Positions 38,860-48,856 of a stretch of DNA of 64,000 nucleotides are shown here, piece after piece. This DNA is from an uncultured Collinsella sp. GTDB lineage: Bacteria; Actinomycetota; Coriobacteriia; Coriobacteriales; Coriobacteriaceae. Within the stretch, counting starts at the first letter, position 1; every line of letters starts with the position of its first letter. A program made the translations under genes and the position numbers. The notes beneath the pieces were generated by a model that was not told the origin of the DNA, did no database searches, and saw only the letters and a program-made list of their open reading frames with translations. The stretch is from the NCBI GenBank assembly GCA_958453935.1, contig CAUDZT010000002.1, forward strand, positions 121 through 64,120. The letters run 5' to 3'.

Positions 38860-40743
38860 CTAAATCGTAGGAAGCGCAACGACCTCGGCAGGGCGCGCCA
38901 ATGTTTCGGCAATACGGTCTTGCACCTCGAGCAGACAGTCGAGCAGCAGCGGGTTAAAGGTGCCGCACTTACCGTCCAGGATCATCTGAATCGCCTCCTC
39001 GTGCGGGATGGCATCCTTGTACACGCGGACGCTCGTCAGCGCATCGTACACGTCGGCCACCGACACCACCTGCGCGGCGATGGGGATATCGTCGCCCTTA
39101 AGGCCGTCGGGATAACCCTTGCCGTCCCAGCGCTCGTGGTGCCAACGCGCAATCTGGTACGCATATTCCATAAGCGCATTGCCGGCGTGATGGCGGCCCA
39201 GCTCATGCAGCATGTCGGCGCCGATCGTGGTATGCGTCTTCATAATCTCGAACTCTTCGGGCGTGAGGCGCCCGGGCTTGTTGAGAATCGCATCGTCAAT
39301 CGACATCTTGCCGATATCGTGCAGCGCCGAAGCCAGGGCAATCGTAGAGCGCTCCTCGTTGTCGAGGGAGATGCTGTCGCTACGGTGGACCAGGCAGCCA
39401 AGCAGCAGCTCGGTCAGCTTCTCGATGTTCGTAACGTGCCTGCCGCTCTCGCCATTGCGGAGCTCCATGACGCCGGCCATGATGTCGATGAGCATGCGAC
39501 TGTTCTTGACACGCTCGTTGTACTGCTGGGACAGCAGGCTCGTCAGACGGCGCTGTTTGGCGTATAGGCGGATGGTGTTGCTTACACGGCGGCGCACGAC
39601 ACGGGAGTCAAACGGGCGGTTGATATAGTCCGAGGCGCCCAGCTCATACGCGCGCAGCACCATATCATCGGAATCTTCGCTCGAGATCATGATGACAGGC
39701 AGATTGTCGATACCCGTTCGGCGCGACAGATCGGCCAGCACCTCAAAGCCGCTTATGCCCGGCATGACAATGTCCAGCAGCACGAGCGACAACTCATCGC
39801 CATAGCGGTCGACCATGTCGAGCGCCGTACGACCGTTATCGGCCTCGAGGATGCAGTACTCGTCCCTGAGCATCTCGTTGAGAATGGCTCGGTTCATCTC
39901 GGAGTCATCGACAATAAGCACCGTAGGCTTTTCGCTTTGGAAGGCCTCGATGGATTCGGCATCGGTCACGACTGTACCGGCTTTTGCCTTAGCGCGGCTC
40001 AATAATTGGACAGCCTGGCTAACACCCTCATCGACCGTTTCGCCATTAATGCGAACGCCACCAACGCATGCCGTCAAGCTAACGCGCTCATGCCCCGGAA
40101 TAATCGTGGAATGAACGGCATCGGATACTTGACGCAGGCGACGGGCAAAGTCATCAGAGGGAATATTGGGCATGACGGCCACAAACTTATCGCAGCCAAA
40201 ACGCACAAGCTCGTCAGTCGAACGAACACCGCTGCGTATGGCCGTCGCCACGGCACCAAGCGCAAGGTCGCCGGCATGGCGGCCATACGTATCGTTGAAG
40301 GCCCTAAAATCATCAAGGTCGATCATGGCCACGCCGGCCTGCATACGGGCGCTACGAAGCTTTTCCTCGTAATATCGGCGATTGCGCACGCTCGTCAGCA
40401 CGTCGGTGTAGACAAGGTCCTCTTCTGCGGCCTCTTGTTCATCAATCGGACGCACCATCAGCAGGACGTGAGGCTCGCCCTCGACCTTCAGAGGACGCAG
40501 GCGAGCGCGGTACTCAACGCCATCGTTGAGCAGCTGTTCCGACACCTCATCGGAACCTGCCGCCAAGGCCTCAAGACTTGACTGGCGCAGACAGGGACAC
40601 CGATCGCCGGCGAGCAGGCAGTTGGGATCGCCCTTAATCTGGTCGACCGACAGCAAACGTACCACGGGGTAGGTCTTCGCGACACGGGCGACCTCGGCGG
40701 CAGCCTCCTCGTCGGTTAGATTGGCCTCGTGATTATTGAGCAT
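38860..40743 (-). CDS. Degenerate GGDEF - receiver - HD-GYP protein (putative c-di-GMP phosphodiesterase response regulator)
   Basis: D.LT..RNRR, DLDDF..FNDTYG, RFGCDKF (degenerate); LIVDD..LLDIVMP..DYINRP; LHDIGK..HHERWDGKGYP; start ATG 40743. Confidence 0.9.
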   Translation of the reverse strand: MLNNHEANLTDEEAAAEVARVAKTYPVVRLLSVDQIKGDPNCLLAGDRCPCLRQSSLEALAAGSDEVSEQLLNDGVEYRARLRPLKVEGEPHVLLMVRPIDEQEAAEEDLVYTDVLTSVRNRRYYEEKLRSARMQAGVAMIDLDDFRAFNDTYGRHAGDLALGAVATAIRSGVRSTDELVRFGCDKFVAVMPNIPSDDFARRLRQVSDAVHSTIIPGHERVSLTACVGGVRINGETVDEGVSQAVQLLSRAKAKAGTVVTDAESIEAFQSEKPTVLIVDDSEMNRAILNEMLRDEYCILEADNGRTALDMVDRYGDELSLVLLDIVMPGISGFEVLADLSRRTGIDNLPVIMISSEDSDDMVLRAYELGASDYINRPFDSRVVRRRVSNTIRLYAKQRRLTSLLSQQYNERVKNSRMLIDIMAGVMELRNGESGRHVTNIEKLTELLLGCLVHRSDSISLDNEERSTIALASALHDIGKMSIDDAILNKPGRLTPEEFEIMKTHTTIGADMLHELGRHHAGNALMEYAYQIARWHHERWDGKGYPDGLKGDDIPIAAQVVSVADVYDALTSVRVYKDAIPHEEAIQMILDGKCGTFNPLLLDCLLEVQDRIAETLARPAEVVALPTI

Positions 40744-40952
40744 AGGGGGCCCTTTCAGTAGTTTTGCTTGGTAGCAGTGGGTGCCAAATGTTACAAGGTT
40801 AGCACCTTGTCGATGCAGGTACACACGTGAATACCGTTTCTTTTTCATGAGCTGGCAGACGGTAGGGCTGAAGCCGCAGACGTTGGGTTTTGAGCACCTT
40901 TGTTAACACAGCCGAAACGTCTACGAAAGAAGCCCGTTTGATGATTCGGCCG

Positions 40953-41762
40953 CTAGAGCCCCAAGATGCCGCGGACAGCCTGGGCGGTCGCTGTCGGGCG
41001 ATCGCGCAGCCCGTTGTGCGCGCCGGGAACCGTTACGAGTGGACAGTCCAAGAGCTCAGTTGCTGTCCTCGTGCCCGCCTCGCGGGGCGTGCCAATCGAG
41101 AGCTCGCCCAGGAATACGGCGGCCACCGTTTTCGATGCGCGGGCGCGATTCCAATCGGGAACGTAGGTCATAGTGGTCTCGTATTCGTTTGCCATGAAAC
41201 TGCGGCCGTTGCGCAGGGCATGCTTGGCTTCCGCCTCGGTTAACTTGGGGGCTTGAGGGTCCGAATCGCCAATGGCGCCCAGGAAGGCCCTTAACGCCCT
41301 CGAGACCTTTCCCGCAGCAATCATCTCGAGTAAAACCGGGGCCGCACCCAGGCCGGCGCCTTCGCTTGTCACGGCGGGTTCATGCAGAATCGCACTCGAG
41401 ACAATGGTCGGGTTTGTACGGAGAAGCTCCAGGGTCACCAGCGTACCGGCACTGTGCGCGAGCACGTTTGCCGGAGCGCCAATATGCTCGATAACGGCCT
41501 GCAGGTCGGCGGCCTGGGCGGCGAGGTCGTAGCGCCCGTCCGCGGCGTCGCTGCTCTCGCCGCAACCGCGGCGGTCGTAGGCAATGACGCGGTAGTCACA
41601 GGCGAGCTCGCGGGCGATGGCGTCAAAGAAGACGCCGTCGACGCAGGCGCCGTGCACGCACACCAAGGCGGGCGTATCGGACGATACAACCGGGCCGGCA
41701 TACTCGCGACAGGCGATCGTGGTGCCCGCATTCTCAACCGTAAAATCCATGTTGTGCCCCAT
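40953..41762 (-). CDS. Alpha/beta fold hydrolase
   Basis: VHG, YDRRGCGES, AHSAG nucleophile elbow, PGAH; start uncertain (41762 or 41750). Confidence 0.88.
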   Translation of the reverse strand: MGHNMDFTVENAGTTIACREYAGPVVSSDTPALVCVHGACVDGVFFDAIARELACDYRVIAYDRRGCGESSDAADGRYDLAAQAADLQAVIEHIGAPANVLAHSAGTLVTLELLRTNPTIVSSAILHEPAVTSEGAGLGAAPVLLEMIAAGKVSRALRAFLGAIGDSDPQAPKLTEAEAKHALRNGRSFMANEYETTMTYVPDWNRARASKTVAAVFLGELSIGTPREAGTRTATELLDCPLVTVPGAHNGLRDRPTATAQAVRGILGL

Positions 41763-41919
41763 CGTCTTGCACCTTGTTAACACATGAACTTTACCCGACC
41801 CGAACCTCTCATGACGCGGGCAACGAGGGCAGAATGAAAAAACGAAACCTGAACAGCACAAGCCCAAACCAGACTTTGGCGCCGATGCTATGCTTAAGCA
41901 CAACTATCCCGAGGAGCAT

Positions 41920-42702
41920 ATGCTTATGTCTACGTTTTTAAATGCCAGCCCCATCTTTGGACCGGTGCGCAGCCGTCGCCTTGGTCTCTCGCTCGGCGTC
42001 AACATGATGCCGGCCAGCGGCAAAATCTGCACGTTCGACTGCATTTACTGCGAAAACGGCCTCAACGCCGAGCGCCCCTGCCACGAACCGTATAACACGG
42101 CTGCCGTGGTGCTCGACGCGCTCGAGGCAAAGCTGCGCGAGATGGCAGCCGAGGGCGAGCTCCCCGATGTGATCACGTTTGCCGGCAACGGTGAGCCCAC
42201 CGCCGCACCGGAGTTTCCGCAGGCCATCGCCGGTGCCGTCGCGCTGCGCGACGAGCTTGCCCCGAACTCCAAGATCGCCGTGCTCTCCAACGGCACGCGC
42301 GCCGACCGCCCCGAGGTACACGATGCGCTCATGATGGTCGACGACAACATTCTTAAGCTCGATACGGTCGACCCGGCGTTTATCCAGCTGCTCGACCAGC
42401 CTGTTGGCCCCTACGACGTCGAGCACCAGATCGAGACGTTCGCGAGCTTTGACGGTCACGTTATTATCCAGACGATCTTTTTGAGCGGCGAGCACCGGGG
42501 CAAGCTCATCGACAACACCGGCGAGGAGTACGTCGGCCCTTGGCTCGCGGCGCTCAAGCGCATTCGTCCGCAGGAAGCGACCATCTACACGGTGGCGCGC
42601 GAGACACCGGTCGCCGGCCTTGCTAAAGCGGCGCCCGAGGTGCTCGACAAGATTGCCGCACGTGTACGCGCCCTCGGCATCCCCTGCCAGGTGAGCTACT
42701 AG
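41920..42702 (+). CDS. Radical SAM protein (COG0731-type, no SPASM domain)
   Basis: FGPV.SRRLG.SLG.N, CTFDCIYC, TFAGNGEPT; start ATG 41920 behind GAGGAG. Confidence 0.9.
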   Translation: MLMSTFLNASPIFGPVRSRRLGLSLGVNMMPASGKICTFDCIYCENGLNAERPCHEPYNTAAVVLDALEAKLREMAAEGELPDVITFAGNGEPTAAPEFPQAIAGAVALRDELAPNSKIAVLSNGTRADRPEVHDALMMVDDNILKLDTVDPAFIQLLDQPVGPYDVEHQIETFASFDGHVIIQTIFLSGEHRGKLIDNTGEEYVGPWLAALKRIRPQEATIYTVARETPVAGLAKAAPEVLDKIAARVRALGIPCQVSY

Positions 42703-42743
42703 CAAAACCACGCAGCAGCTAGTGTCAGCCATCCCGCTCCATC

Positions 42744-42810
42744 AGTTGCGGTGATATAGTTCCTATTTGTGCTGTTAAACCGCTTAAATCGGAACTATAT
42801 CACCGCAACT
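42744..42810. repeat. Inverted-repeat element family C copy 1
   Basis: agttgcggtgatatagttcc / ggaactatatcaccgcaact, perfect 20-bp arms. Confidence 0.8.
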
Positions 42811-42862
42811 TTTATGGACGCGTGGGTGGGCTATACTAGCTGCGAATGAAAGGAAGTTAGCC

Positions 42863-43750
42863 ATGTATGACAAAGGACCCGTGCCTGGCCGCAACGACGC
42901 TTGCTGGTGCGGCAGCGGCAAGAAATACAAGAAATGCCACAGCGCCTTCGACGAGCGCCTCGAGCGCCTGTGGGAAGAGGGCTGGGAGGTTCTGCCCCGC
43001 ACGCTCTACAAGACGCCCGCCGATATCGAGGGCATCAAGCGCTCCGCCGCCATCAACGTGGGCGTGCTCGACTACGTAGGCGAGCACATCGCCGCGGGCA
43101 TGACCACCAACCAGATCGACCAGATGATCTACGACTACACCGTCGAGCACGGTGGCACGCCGGCCGACCTCAACTACGAGGGCTATCCCAAGAGCGTGTG
43201 CACCTCGATCAACGACGTGGTCTGCCACGGTATCCCCTGCGATACGGACGTGCTGCACGAGGGCGACATTATCAACGTGGACTGCTCCACGATCTTGGAC
43301 GGCTACTTTAGCGACTCGAGCCGTATGTTCTGCATCGGCGAAGTCTCGGCCGAGCGCCAGCGCCTGGTCGACGTCACCCGCGCCAGCGTGGAGGCGGGTC
43401 TGGCGGCCGTCAAGCCGTGGTTGCCGCTGTCCGTGATGGCCGAGGCCGTGCAAAAGACGGTCGAAGACGCCGGCTTTAGCGTGGTGCGCGAGTACGGCGG
43501 ACACGGCATCGGTAAGGAGTTCCACGAGGACCCGTTTGTGGGCTTTACCACCGAGGCGCCCGATGTGGACACCATCATGGCTCCGGGCATGGTCTTTACC
43601 ATCGAGCCTATGGTCAATGCCGGAGCGCCCGACATTAAGATCAGCAAGGGCGATGGCTGGTGCGTGCGCACCAAGGACGGCAGTGATTCGGCCCAGTGCG
43701 AGGTACAGCTCGTGGTGACCGAGGACGGCTACGAGCTGCTCAGCTGGTAA
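42863..43750 (+). CDS. map: Methionine aminopeptidase type I with N-terminal SEC-C motif
   Basis: GRNDACWCGSGKKYKKCH; CTSIND.VCHGIP, GDIINVD, GHGIG..FHE, FTIEPM. Confidence 0.96.
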   Translation: MYDKGPVPGRNDACWCGSGKKYKKCHSAFDERLERLWEEGWEVLPRTLYKTPADIEGIKRSAAINVGVLDYVGEHIAAGMTTNQIDQMIYDYTVEHGGTPADLNYEGYPKSVCTSINDVVCHGIPCDTDVLHEGDIINVDCSTILDGYFSDSSRMFCIGEVSAERQRLVDVTRASVEAGLAAVKPWLPLSVMAEAVQKTVEDAGFSVVREYGGHGIGKEFHEDPFVGFTTEAPDVDTIMAPGMVFTIEPMVNAGAPDIKISKGDGWCVRTKDGSDSAQCEVQLVVTEDGYELLSW

Positions 43751-43809
43751 CCATGGATGCGCCGGATGCTGACGGGCACGCTCGTCTTGCATCCGGCGTT
43801 TTTGTTTGA

Positions 43810-43860
43810 ACGTTTTGCCCGATAAAACCTGCCAAAATAAACCTGTCCCTTTTTGGTAGG
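43810..43860 (+). repeat. REP-like element family A copy 3
   Basis: acgttttgcccgataaaacctgccaaaataaacctgtccctttttggtagg. Confidence 0.85.
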
Positions 43861-43880
43861 CTGAGCGGAGAGGACTGCTT

Positions 43881-44816
43881 GTGAACATCCTGGTTTTGTT
43901 GCCCGTCAACGGCCGTCATCGCGCAATTCTTGAGTCGAGCGCTCCGGGCGAGGACTTTATCTACACGAGCGCCGACGCCGCCACGCGCGAGCAGGTCGCC
44001 GATGCCGACGTGATCCTGGGCAACATCGACCCTGACATGCTCACGGCATGCGAGCATCTCCAGCTGTTGCAATTGCAGACCGCCGGCTATGACGACTACC
44101 TTGCCGCCGGCACCGTGCCGGCCGACGCCAAACTGTCTTGCTCGGTGGGCGCCTACGGCCAGGCCGTGAGCGAGCACATGTTTGCCATGGTCCTTTCCAT
44201 GATGAAGCGTCTGCCTGGCTATCACGACTTGCAGCGCGAGCATCGCTGGGAGGATTTGGGGCCGGTCACTTCGCTCAAAAATGCCAATGTGCTCGTGCTG
44301 GGCGCGGGCGATATCGGCGGCCACTTCGCCACGCTCTGCCGCAGCATGGGTGCACACGTCCGCGGCATCAAGCGCCATCCGCTCGTCTACCCCATCGTGT
44401 TTGAGGACATGGACGGCATGGACGCCCCACCCGAGCGCCTGGCCGAGGCCGACATCGTCGCATCCTTTATGCCCAGCACGCCCGAGACCCGCGGCCTGGC
44501 GAACGCCGAGTTCTTCGCCGCGATGAAGCCGGGCGCCTTCTTTGCCAACGGCGGCCGCGGCGACCTTGTGGTTGCCGACGACCTGGTTGCCGCCCTGGAG
44601 TCGGGACATCTCGCCGGCGCCGCGGTCGACGTCACCGACCCCGAGCCGCTGCCTGAGACAAGCCCGCTGTGGGATGCGCCCAACATGCTCATCACGCCGC
44701 ACGTCTCCGGTTGGTTCCACCTGGCAGCTACGCTCAACAACGTCGTCAACATCGCCGCGGAGAATCTGCGTCATTTGCAAGCCGGCGAAACTTTACGTTG
44801 TTGGATCGAGCACTAA
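43881..44816 (+). CDS. D-2-hydroxyacid dehydrogenase family protein
   Basis: LGAGDIG, P.TPET, N.GRG, DVTDPEPLP, TPH.S. Confidence 0.93.
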   Translation: MNILVLLPVNGRHRAILESSAPGEDFIYTSADAATREQVADADVILGNIDPDMLTACEHLQLLQLQTAGYDDYLAAGTVPADAKLSCSVGAYGQAVSEHMFAMVLSMMKRLPGYHDLQREHRWEDLGPVTSLKNANVLVLGAGDIGGHFATLCRSMGAHVRGIKRHPLVYPIVFEDMDGMDAPPERLAEADIVASFMPSTPETRGLANAEFFAAMKPGAFFANGGRGDLVVADDLVAALESGHLAGAAVDVTDPEPLPETSPLWDAPNMLITPHVSGWFHLAATLNNVVNIAAENLRHLQAGETLRCWIEH

Positions 44817-44995
44817 GAATTACGCCGTTTTACAAACGGAGTAATGAGCCGACGCTGCGAGCCCGCCGTTTGGCCAATCTGCCGTTCAATTTCAAAGGCG
44901 CGACCAGAAGGTCAGCGCCTTTTTATTTCACGGCACCTTGGCGCAAACGGCGGGCTCTCGCTGACTTTTGTTCAACCTGCGGGGTCTTCAAATTG

Positions 44996-45487
44996 CTAGA
45001 GCGTTGCTAAGTAATTCTTTGCGTCTTCTACACTCATTGCTGCGACGGGCGCATGCGAACAGAGCTTGACATCGTTGGTGACCAGGAGATCTGCTTGAGC
45101 ACGTATTGCTGCCGCAATGATTAAATCGTCTTCGTAATCGCTATGGAGTTCACGCTGCCTGCTCGCCATCCATATATCGCTCAGGTCACAGGGCACTGGC
45201 GTGGCAAGCTGCGACAGCACGCTAAGACAATCCCATGCAAGCGAAGTCGCCGCCGCAGCGGCATACGGGGAAAGCGAACCGTGCTCTCGCCGATACCATG
45301 CCTTATGTTCGCTTGAAATCAAATAGAACAGGTCTTTGGACGATGTCGCCGCATACAGCAAATCTACCTGCGCCGTGCACGCATCGCGTAAAAACTCAAT
45401 CGCCACCGAACGACCACGTCGTGAGGGAATGAAGTAATCGAGCCATACGTTGGTGTCGACCAAGATGCGCTTTGGAGTCTCACTCAT
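44996..45487 (-). CDS. PIN domain (VapC-like) toxin
   Basis: ILVDTNVWLD, DYEDDL..AAA, DLLVTND. Confidence 0.9.
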   Translation of the reverse strand: MSETPKRILVDTNVWLDYFIPSRRGRSVAIEFLRDACTAQVDLLYAATSSKDLFYLISSEHKAWYRREHGSLSPYAAAAATSLAWDCLSVLSQLATPVPCDLSDIWMASRQRELHSDYEDDLIIAAAIRAQADLLVTNDVKLCSHAPVAAMSVEDAKNYLATL

Positions 45488-45860
45488 AGAGCCAGCTCAT
45501 CTCCTCGCCATAGCGATCCGCATAGGCATTCCGTTTGAGCCCTTCGTCGTCCGATGGCTGAGCCTTGGCCATATCGATTCCCGACTCACGGCAAGCAGCA
45601 GCGAACAGCTCCGATCCTTGGTCGATGAGTTCGAGTTTGCGCTTGGCGGCCTTTTCGCGCTCGCGCTGTTCCGTCCGGGCACGACTGGGCAGCAGGATAT
45701 CCTCGAGCACACCGGGGCGATCGGCCAGCGACGCTGCAAGCTGCCAGAGCGCTCGCACCGCTTGGCTCGGCGTCATACCGGCCCTAGAGAGAGCGGCGTC
45801 CCCACTTCTTTTAAGATCGGCATCGAGTCGTACGTTGATCTGAGCGGCTGTTGTGGTCAT
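45480..45860 (-). CDS. RelB/DinJ-like antitoxin
   Basis: QINVRLDADLK...L...GMTPSQAVR; overlaps PIN gene start. Confidence 0.8.
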   Translation of the reverse strand: MTTTAAQINVRLDADLKRSGDAALSRAGMTPSQAVRALWQLAASLADRPGVLEDILLPSRARTEQREREKAAKRKLELIDQGSELFAAACRESGIDMAKAQPSDDEGLKRNAYADRYGEEMSWLYE

Positions 45861-45913
45861 GACCCCTCCTTAATACTTCAAAACTATCATAAAACTCTAT
45901 GGTAGATACGTAA

Positions 45914-45947
45914 AGCATGTATAGCATGTATAGCATTTATAAGCATT
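45914..45947. promoter_or_regulatory. 9-bp tandem repeats in TA promoter (putative autoregulatory operator)
   Basis: agcatgtat-agcatgtat-agcatttat-aagcatt. Confidence 0.55.
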
Positions 45948-46032
45948 AGCCGTACTCTGTACACAAAAATCCGCCGAGGCACACTGCGCCTCGGCGGCCA
46001 CGTATCACCGATCTAGTTCGGTTTCACCCCTT

Positions 46033-46085
46033 GCATTCGCCCAGATAAAACCTACCAAAATTAACATCCCCTTTTGGTAGGTTTT
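46033..46085 (+). repeat. REP-like element family A copy 4
   Basis: ccagataaaacctaccaaaattaacatccccttttggtaggtttt; compensatory stem change; overlaps M18 gene stop. Confidence 0.8.
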
Positions 46086-47469
46086 AGAGCTCCACGCTTT
46101 CGGCGCCGTTGATGGTTAGGTTGCGCTCGTAGAAAGCCGTGAGGGCGCGGATGGCGTACATCACGTCGCGCACGCCGCCGGTCTCGTAGCTCGAGTGCAT
46201 GGCAAGCTGCGGCAGGCCCACGTCCACGGCATGCATGCTCGCCTGCATATTGGACAGATTGCCGAGCGTGGAGCCGCCCGCCATATCGCTCTTGTTGGCG
46301 AAGGCCTGCGTGGGCACGTCGGCGTCGTCGCAAATAGCCTGGAACACCGCGCGGCTAAAGGCATCGGTGCAGTAGTGCTGGTTGGCGGCTTCCTTGATGA
46401 CGATGCCGCCGTTAAGCACCACCTGGTTGCGGGCATCGCACTTCTCGGCGTGGTTGGGGTGCACGGCATGCGCGTTGTCGCAGCTCACGAGCATCGATGC
46501 GGCAAGGGCGCGATGATACGACTCGTCATCAAAGCCCAGCGATCCGTTGATGCGGCGCAGCGCGTCGGCCAAGAACGTCGACATGGCGCCCTGCTTGGTC
46601 TCGGAGCCAACCTCCTCGTTATCGAAGCAGCAGAAGACCGAGACGTCGTGCGCGTTCTCGGCGCCCAAAAAAGCCTGTAGCGAGGTATAGGCGCAGGCCA
46701 GGTCGTCAAGCTTGGGCGTCGAGATAAACTCGTCGGCCCAGCCCCAAATGCGCGCATCCTGACGATTGACCAGGAACAGATCGCGGCCCAGGATCTGCTC
46801 GGGCTCAACGTCCAGTTCATCAGCGATCAGGGCATCAAAATCTCCCTGCTTAAGGTCACCGGCGCTGATGAGCGGGCACAGATCGACGGCTCGGTTGGGA
46901 GCAAAGCCCTCGTTGACGCCACGGTTCATATGGATGGCAAGGCTCGGGATAATAGCGACCTCGCGCTCGGTGGCGAGCAGGCGGCTCTCAATGCGGTCAC
47001 CCTCGCGCACCAGCACGCGGCCCGCGAGCGCCAGCGGGCGATCGAACCAGGTGTAGTCGATCATGCCGCCGTAGGCCTCGGTGTTCAGGCGCAATGTCTC
47101 GCCTGCGCCATCGAGCTCGGGCACAGCCTTGACCTTAAACGTCGGCGAATCGCTGTGCGACGCCGTCAGCTGAAAATGGTAGTCGCCGGCAACGCCGTCC
47201 TCGCCCCACGTCGCGGCCAGGTCCTCGCCCACCTTAAAGGCGATAACGCTCGAGGTGTTGCGCTGCGTGTAATAACGCCCGCCCGGCTCGATATCCCACG
47301 CCGCGTTCTCGGGCAGGTAGGTAAAGCCCGCCTCGTCGAGCTCGGCCATAATGGTCGCCGCCGTATGGAACATGCTGGGGCATGTCTCGATAAAGTCGAT
47401 AAGGTCGTTGGCGGCCTCGATATCGTCGGCCGTCACATGCGCGCGCTCGGGCGTTTCCTGATCCGTCAT
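46084..47469 (-). CDS. M18 family aminopeptidase
   Basis: SHSDSP, YGG...TWFDR.L.LAGR, LAIH, LDDL, FDNEEVGS, AHAVHPN, QLAMHS; start ATG 47469. Confidence 0.95.
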   Translation of the reverse strand: MTDQETPERAHVTADDIEAANDLIDFIETCPSMFHTAATIMAELDEAGFTYLPENAAWDIEPGGRYYTQRNTSSVIAFKVGEDLAATWGEDGVAGDYHFQLTASHSDSPTFKVKAVPELDGAGETLRLNTEAYGGMIDYTWFDRPLALAGRVLVREGDRIESRLLATEREVAIIPSLAIHMNRGVNEGFAPNRAVDLCPLISAGDLKQGDFDALIADELDVEPEQILGRDLFLVNRQDARIWGWADEFISTPKLDDLACAYTSLQAFLGAENAHDVSVFCCFDNEEVGSETKQGAMSTFLADALRRINGSLGFDDESYHRALAASMLVSCDNAHAVHPNHAEKCDARNQVVLNGGIVIKEAANQHYCTDAFSRAVFQAICDDADVPTQAFANKSDMAGGSTLGNLSNMQASMHAVDVGLPQLAMHSSYETGGVRDVMYAIRALTAFYERNLTINGAESVEL

Positions 47470-47630
47470 GCTCTCCCCTTTCGCTGGGTTGATGGTCCCC
47501 TCCAGCATACCCCGCCGCGCCAGCGCCGCACTCTTCATTCCGTGCTTAATTCCGCGCCGCTCACCAAGTTGAGTCATCATGCCCGCGCTCCTTTTGCGAC
47601 AATTGCACTAACAGGACGAGAGGAGTCGTC

Positions 47631-48716
47631 ATGAAGCCACGTAACATTGCCATCGCCTGCGGTGTCGCGGGAGCCGCCGTCGGCCTTGCCGCTGCCACCG
47701 GTATCGTTTATCACAAGCAAATCAAGTCCGTCGCGTCGCTCAAACGCTTGACCGACTATGCGGATGGCTATGACCTGTACGCAATCGACATCGCTTACGA
47801 CTACGATCTTGATCGCATCATCGCCGCTGGTGTGCGCGACGACCAGGCCTACATCAATGCCGTGGTGGCGCAGGTGCTGCCCGGTGTGCCGGCACATGTC
47901 CAGGCGCCCCAGTTTGCCTGCAGCGCTTTTGTCGCCGTAGATGCCGAAGGCCGTGTTCGCACCGGTCGCAATTACGACTTTAAGGACGACACCTCGGCGC
48001 TGCTGGTGCGCAATCACCCGCGCGACGGCTATGCCTCCATCGGCTTTGCCGCCCTTAACAACCTGGGCGCCAACACTCCACTTGACTCCGTCGCCGGACG
48101 CGCCGCCGCACTCATGGGCCCGTTTGCCCAGCTCGATGGTGTTAACGAATGCGGTGTGTCCATTGCCGTACTCACCCTGGATTCCAAGCCCTGTGACCAG
48201 GACACACAGCGCCCCGTCATCAATACCTCGCTCGCCATCCGTCTGGTGCTCGACCGTGCCGCCACCACGCAGGAGGCCGTCGACCTGCTTTCTGCCTACG
48301 ACATGCACGCCATGGCCGGACGCGACTACCACTTCTTTATCAACGACGCCGCCGGTGACGCGCGGGTGGTGGAGTGGGATCCGCGCGACCCCGACCGCGC
48401 ATGCAAGGCGACGCCCGTGCGCCAGGTTACGAACTTCTACGCCTGCTATGGTGCCGAAGTGCTACCCAACCAAAAGAACGGCGAACTGGGCCATGGCAAG
48501 GAACGCGCCATCGCCATCGCCGATGTCCTCGACGCCCATGCCGGCGCCCAAGACGAGGCAGTCGCTTGGAAGGCTCTACGCGCTGCGGCGCAAGAGCCCA
48601 ATCCGGAAGACATCACCAGCAACACGCAGTGGTCGGTCGTCTTTGACAACACCGAGCCCGCTGCCGCCATCACGCTGCGCCGCCACTGGGGCGACGTCGA
48701 CGCCTTCGCGCTGTAA
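47631..48716 (+). CDS. Ntn-hydrolase (C45/linear amide C-N hydrolase family), membrane-anchored
   Basis: N-terminal TM; FA|CSAF (Cys97), GRNYDF, DGVNE.G, YHFFI.DA.G, VTNF, TQWSVVFD. Confidence 0.85.
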   Translation: MKPRNIAIACGVAGAAVGLAAATGIVYHKQIKSVASLKRLTDYADGYDLYAIDIAYDYDLDRIIAAGVRDDQAYINAVVAQVLPGVPAHVQAPQFACSAFVAVDAEGRVRTGRNYDFKDDTSALLVRNHPRDGYASIGFAALNNLGANTPLDSVAGRAAALMGPFAQLDGVNECGVSIAVLTLDSKPCDQDTQRPVINTSLAIRLVLDRAATTQEAVDLLSAYDMHAMAGRDYHFFINDAAGDARVVEWDPRDPDRACKATPVRQVTNFYACYGAEVLPNQKNGELGHGKERAIAIADVLDAHAGAQDEAVAWKALRAAAQEPNPEDITSNTQWSVVFDNTEPAAAITLRRHWGDVDAFAL

Positions 48717-48856
48717 GGAGCTGGCACCGTCGTCCTTACGCTCGCCTGACGTTGCTTACATTGCTATACATTTGAGCTAACACGTTTTACCTCCGCATCA
48801 ACAGTGTGCGGGGGTAAACTTATGCGCATGTTGTAACTTGCCCGGAAGGATTCATC

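Noticed and set aside
41920..42702. Radical SAM protein as maturase of the six-Cys peptide
   Set aside because: 4.7 kb away, opposite strand, host-like composition, ~260 aa with no SPASM/twitch or RRE region; looks like the housekeeping COG0731 type
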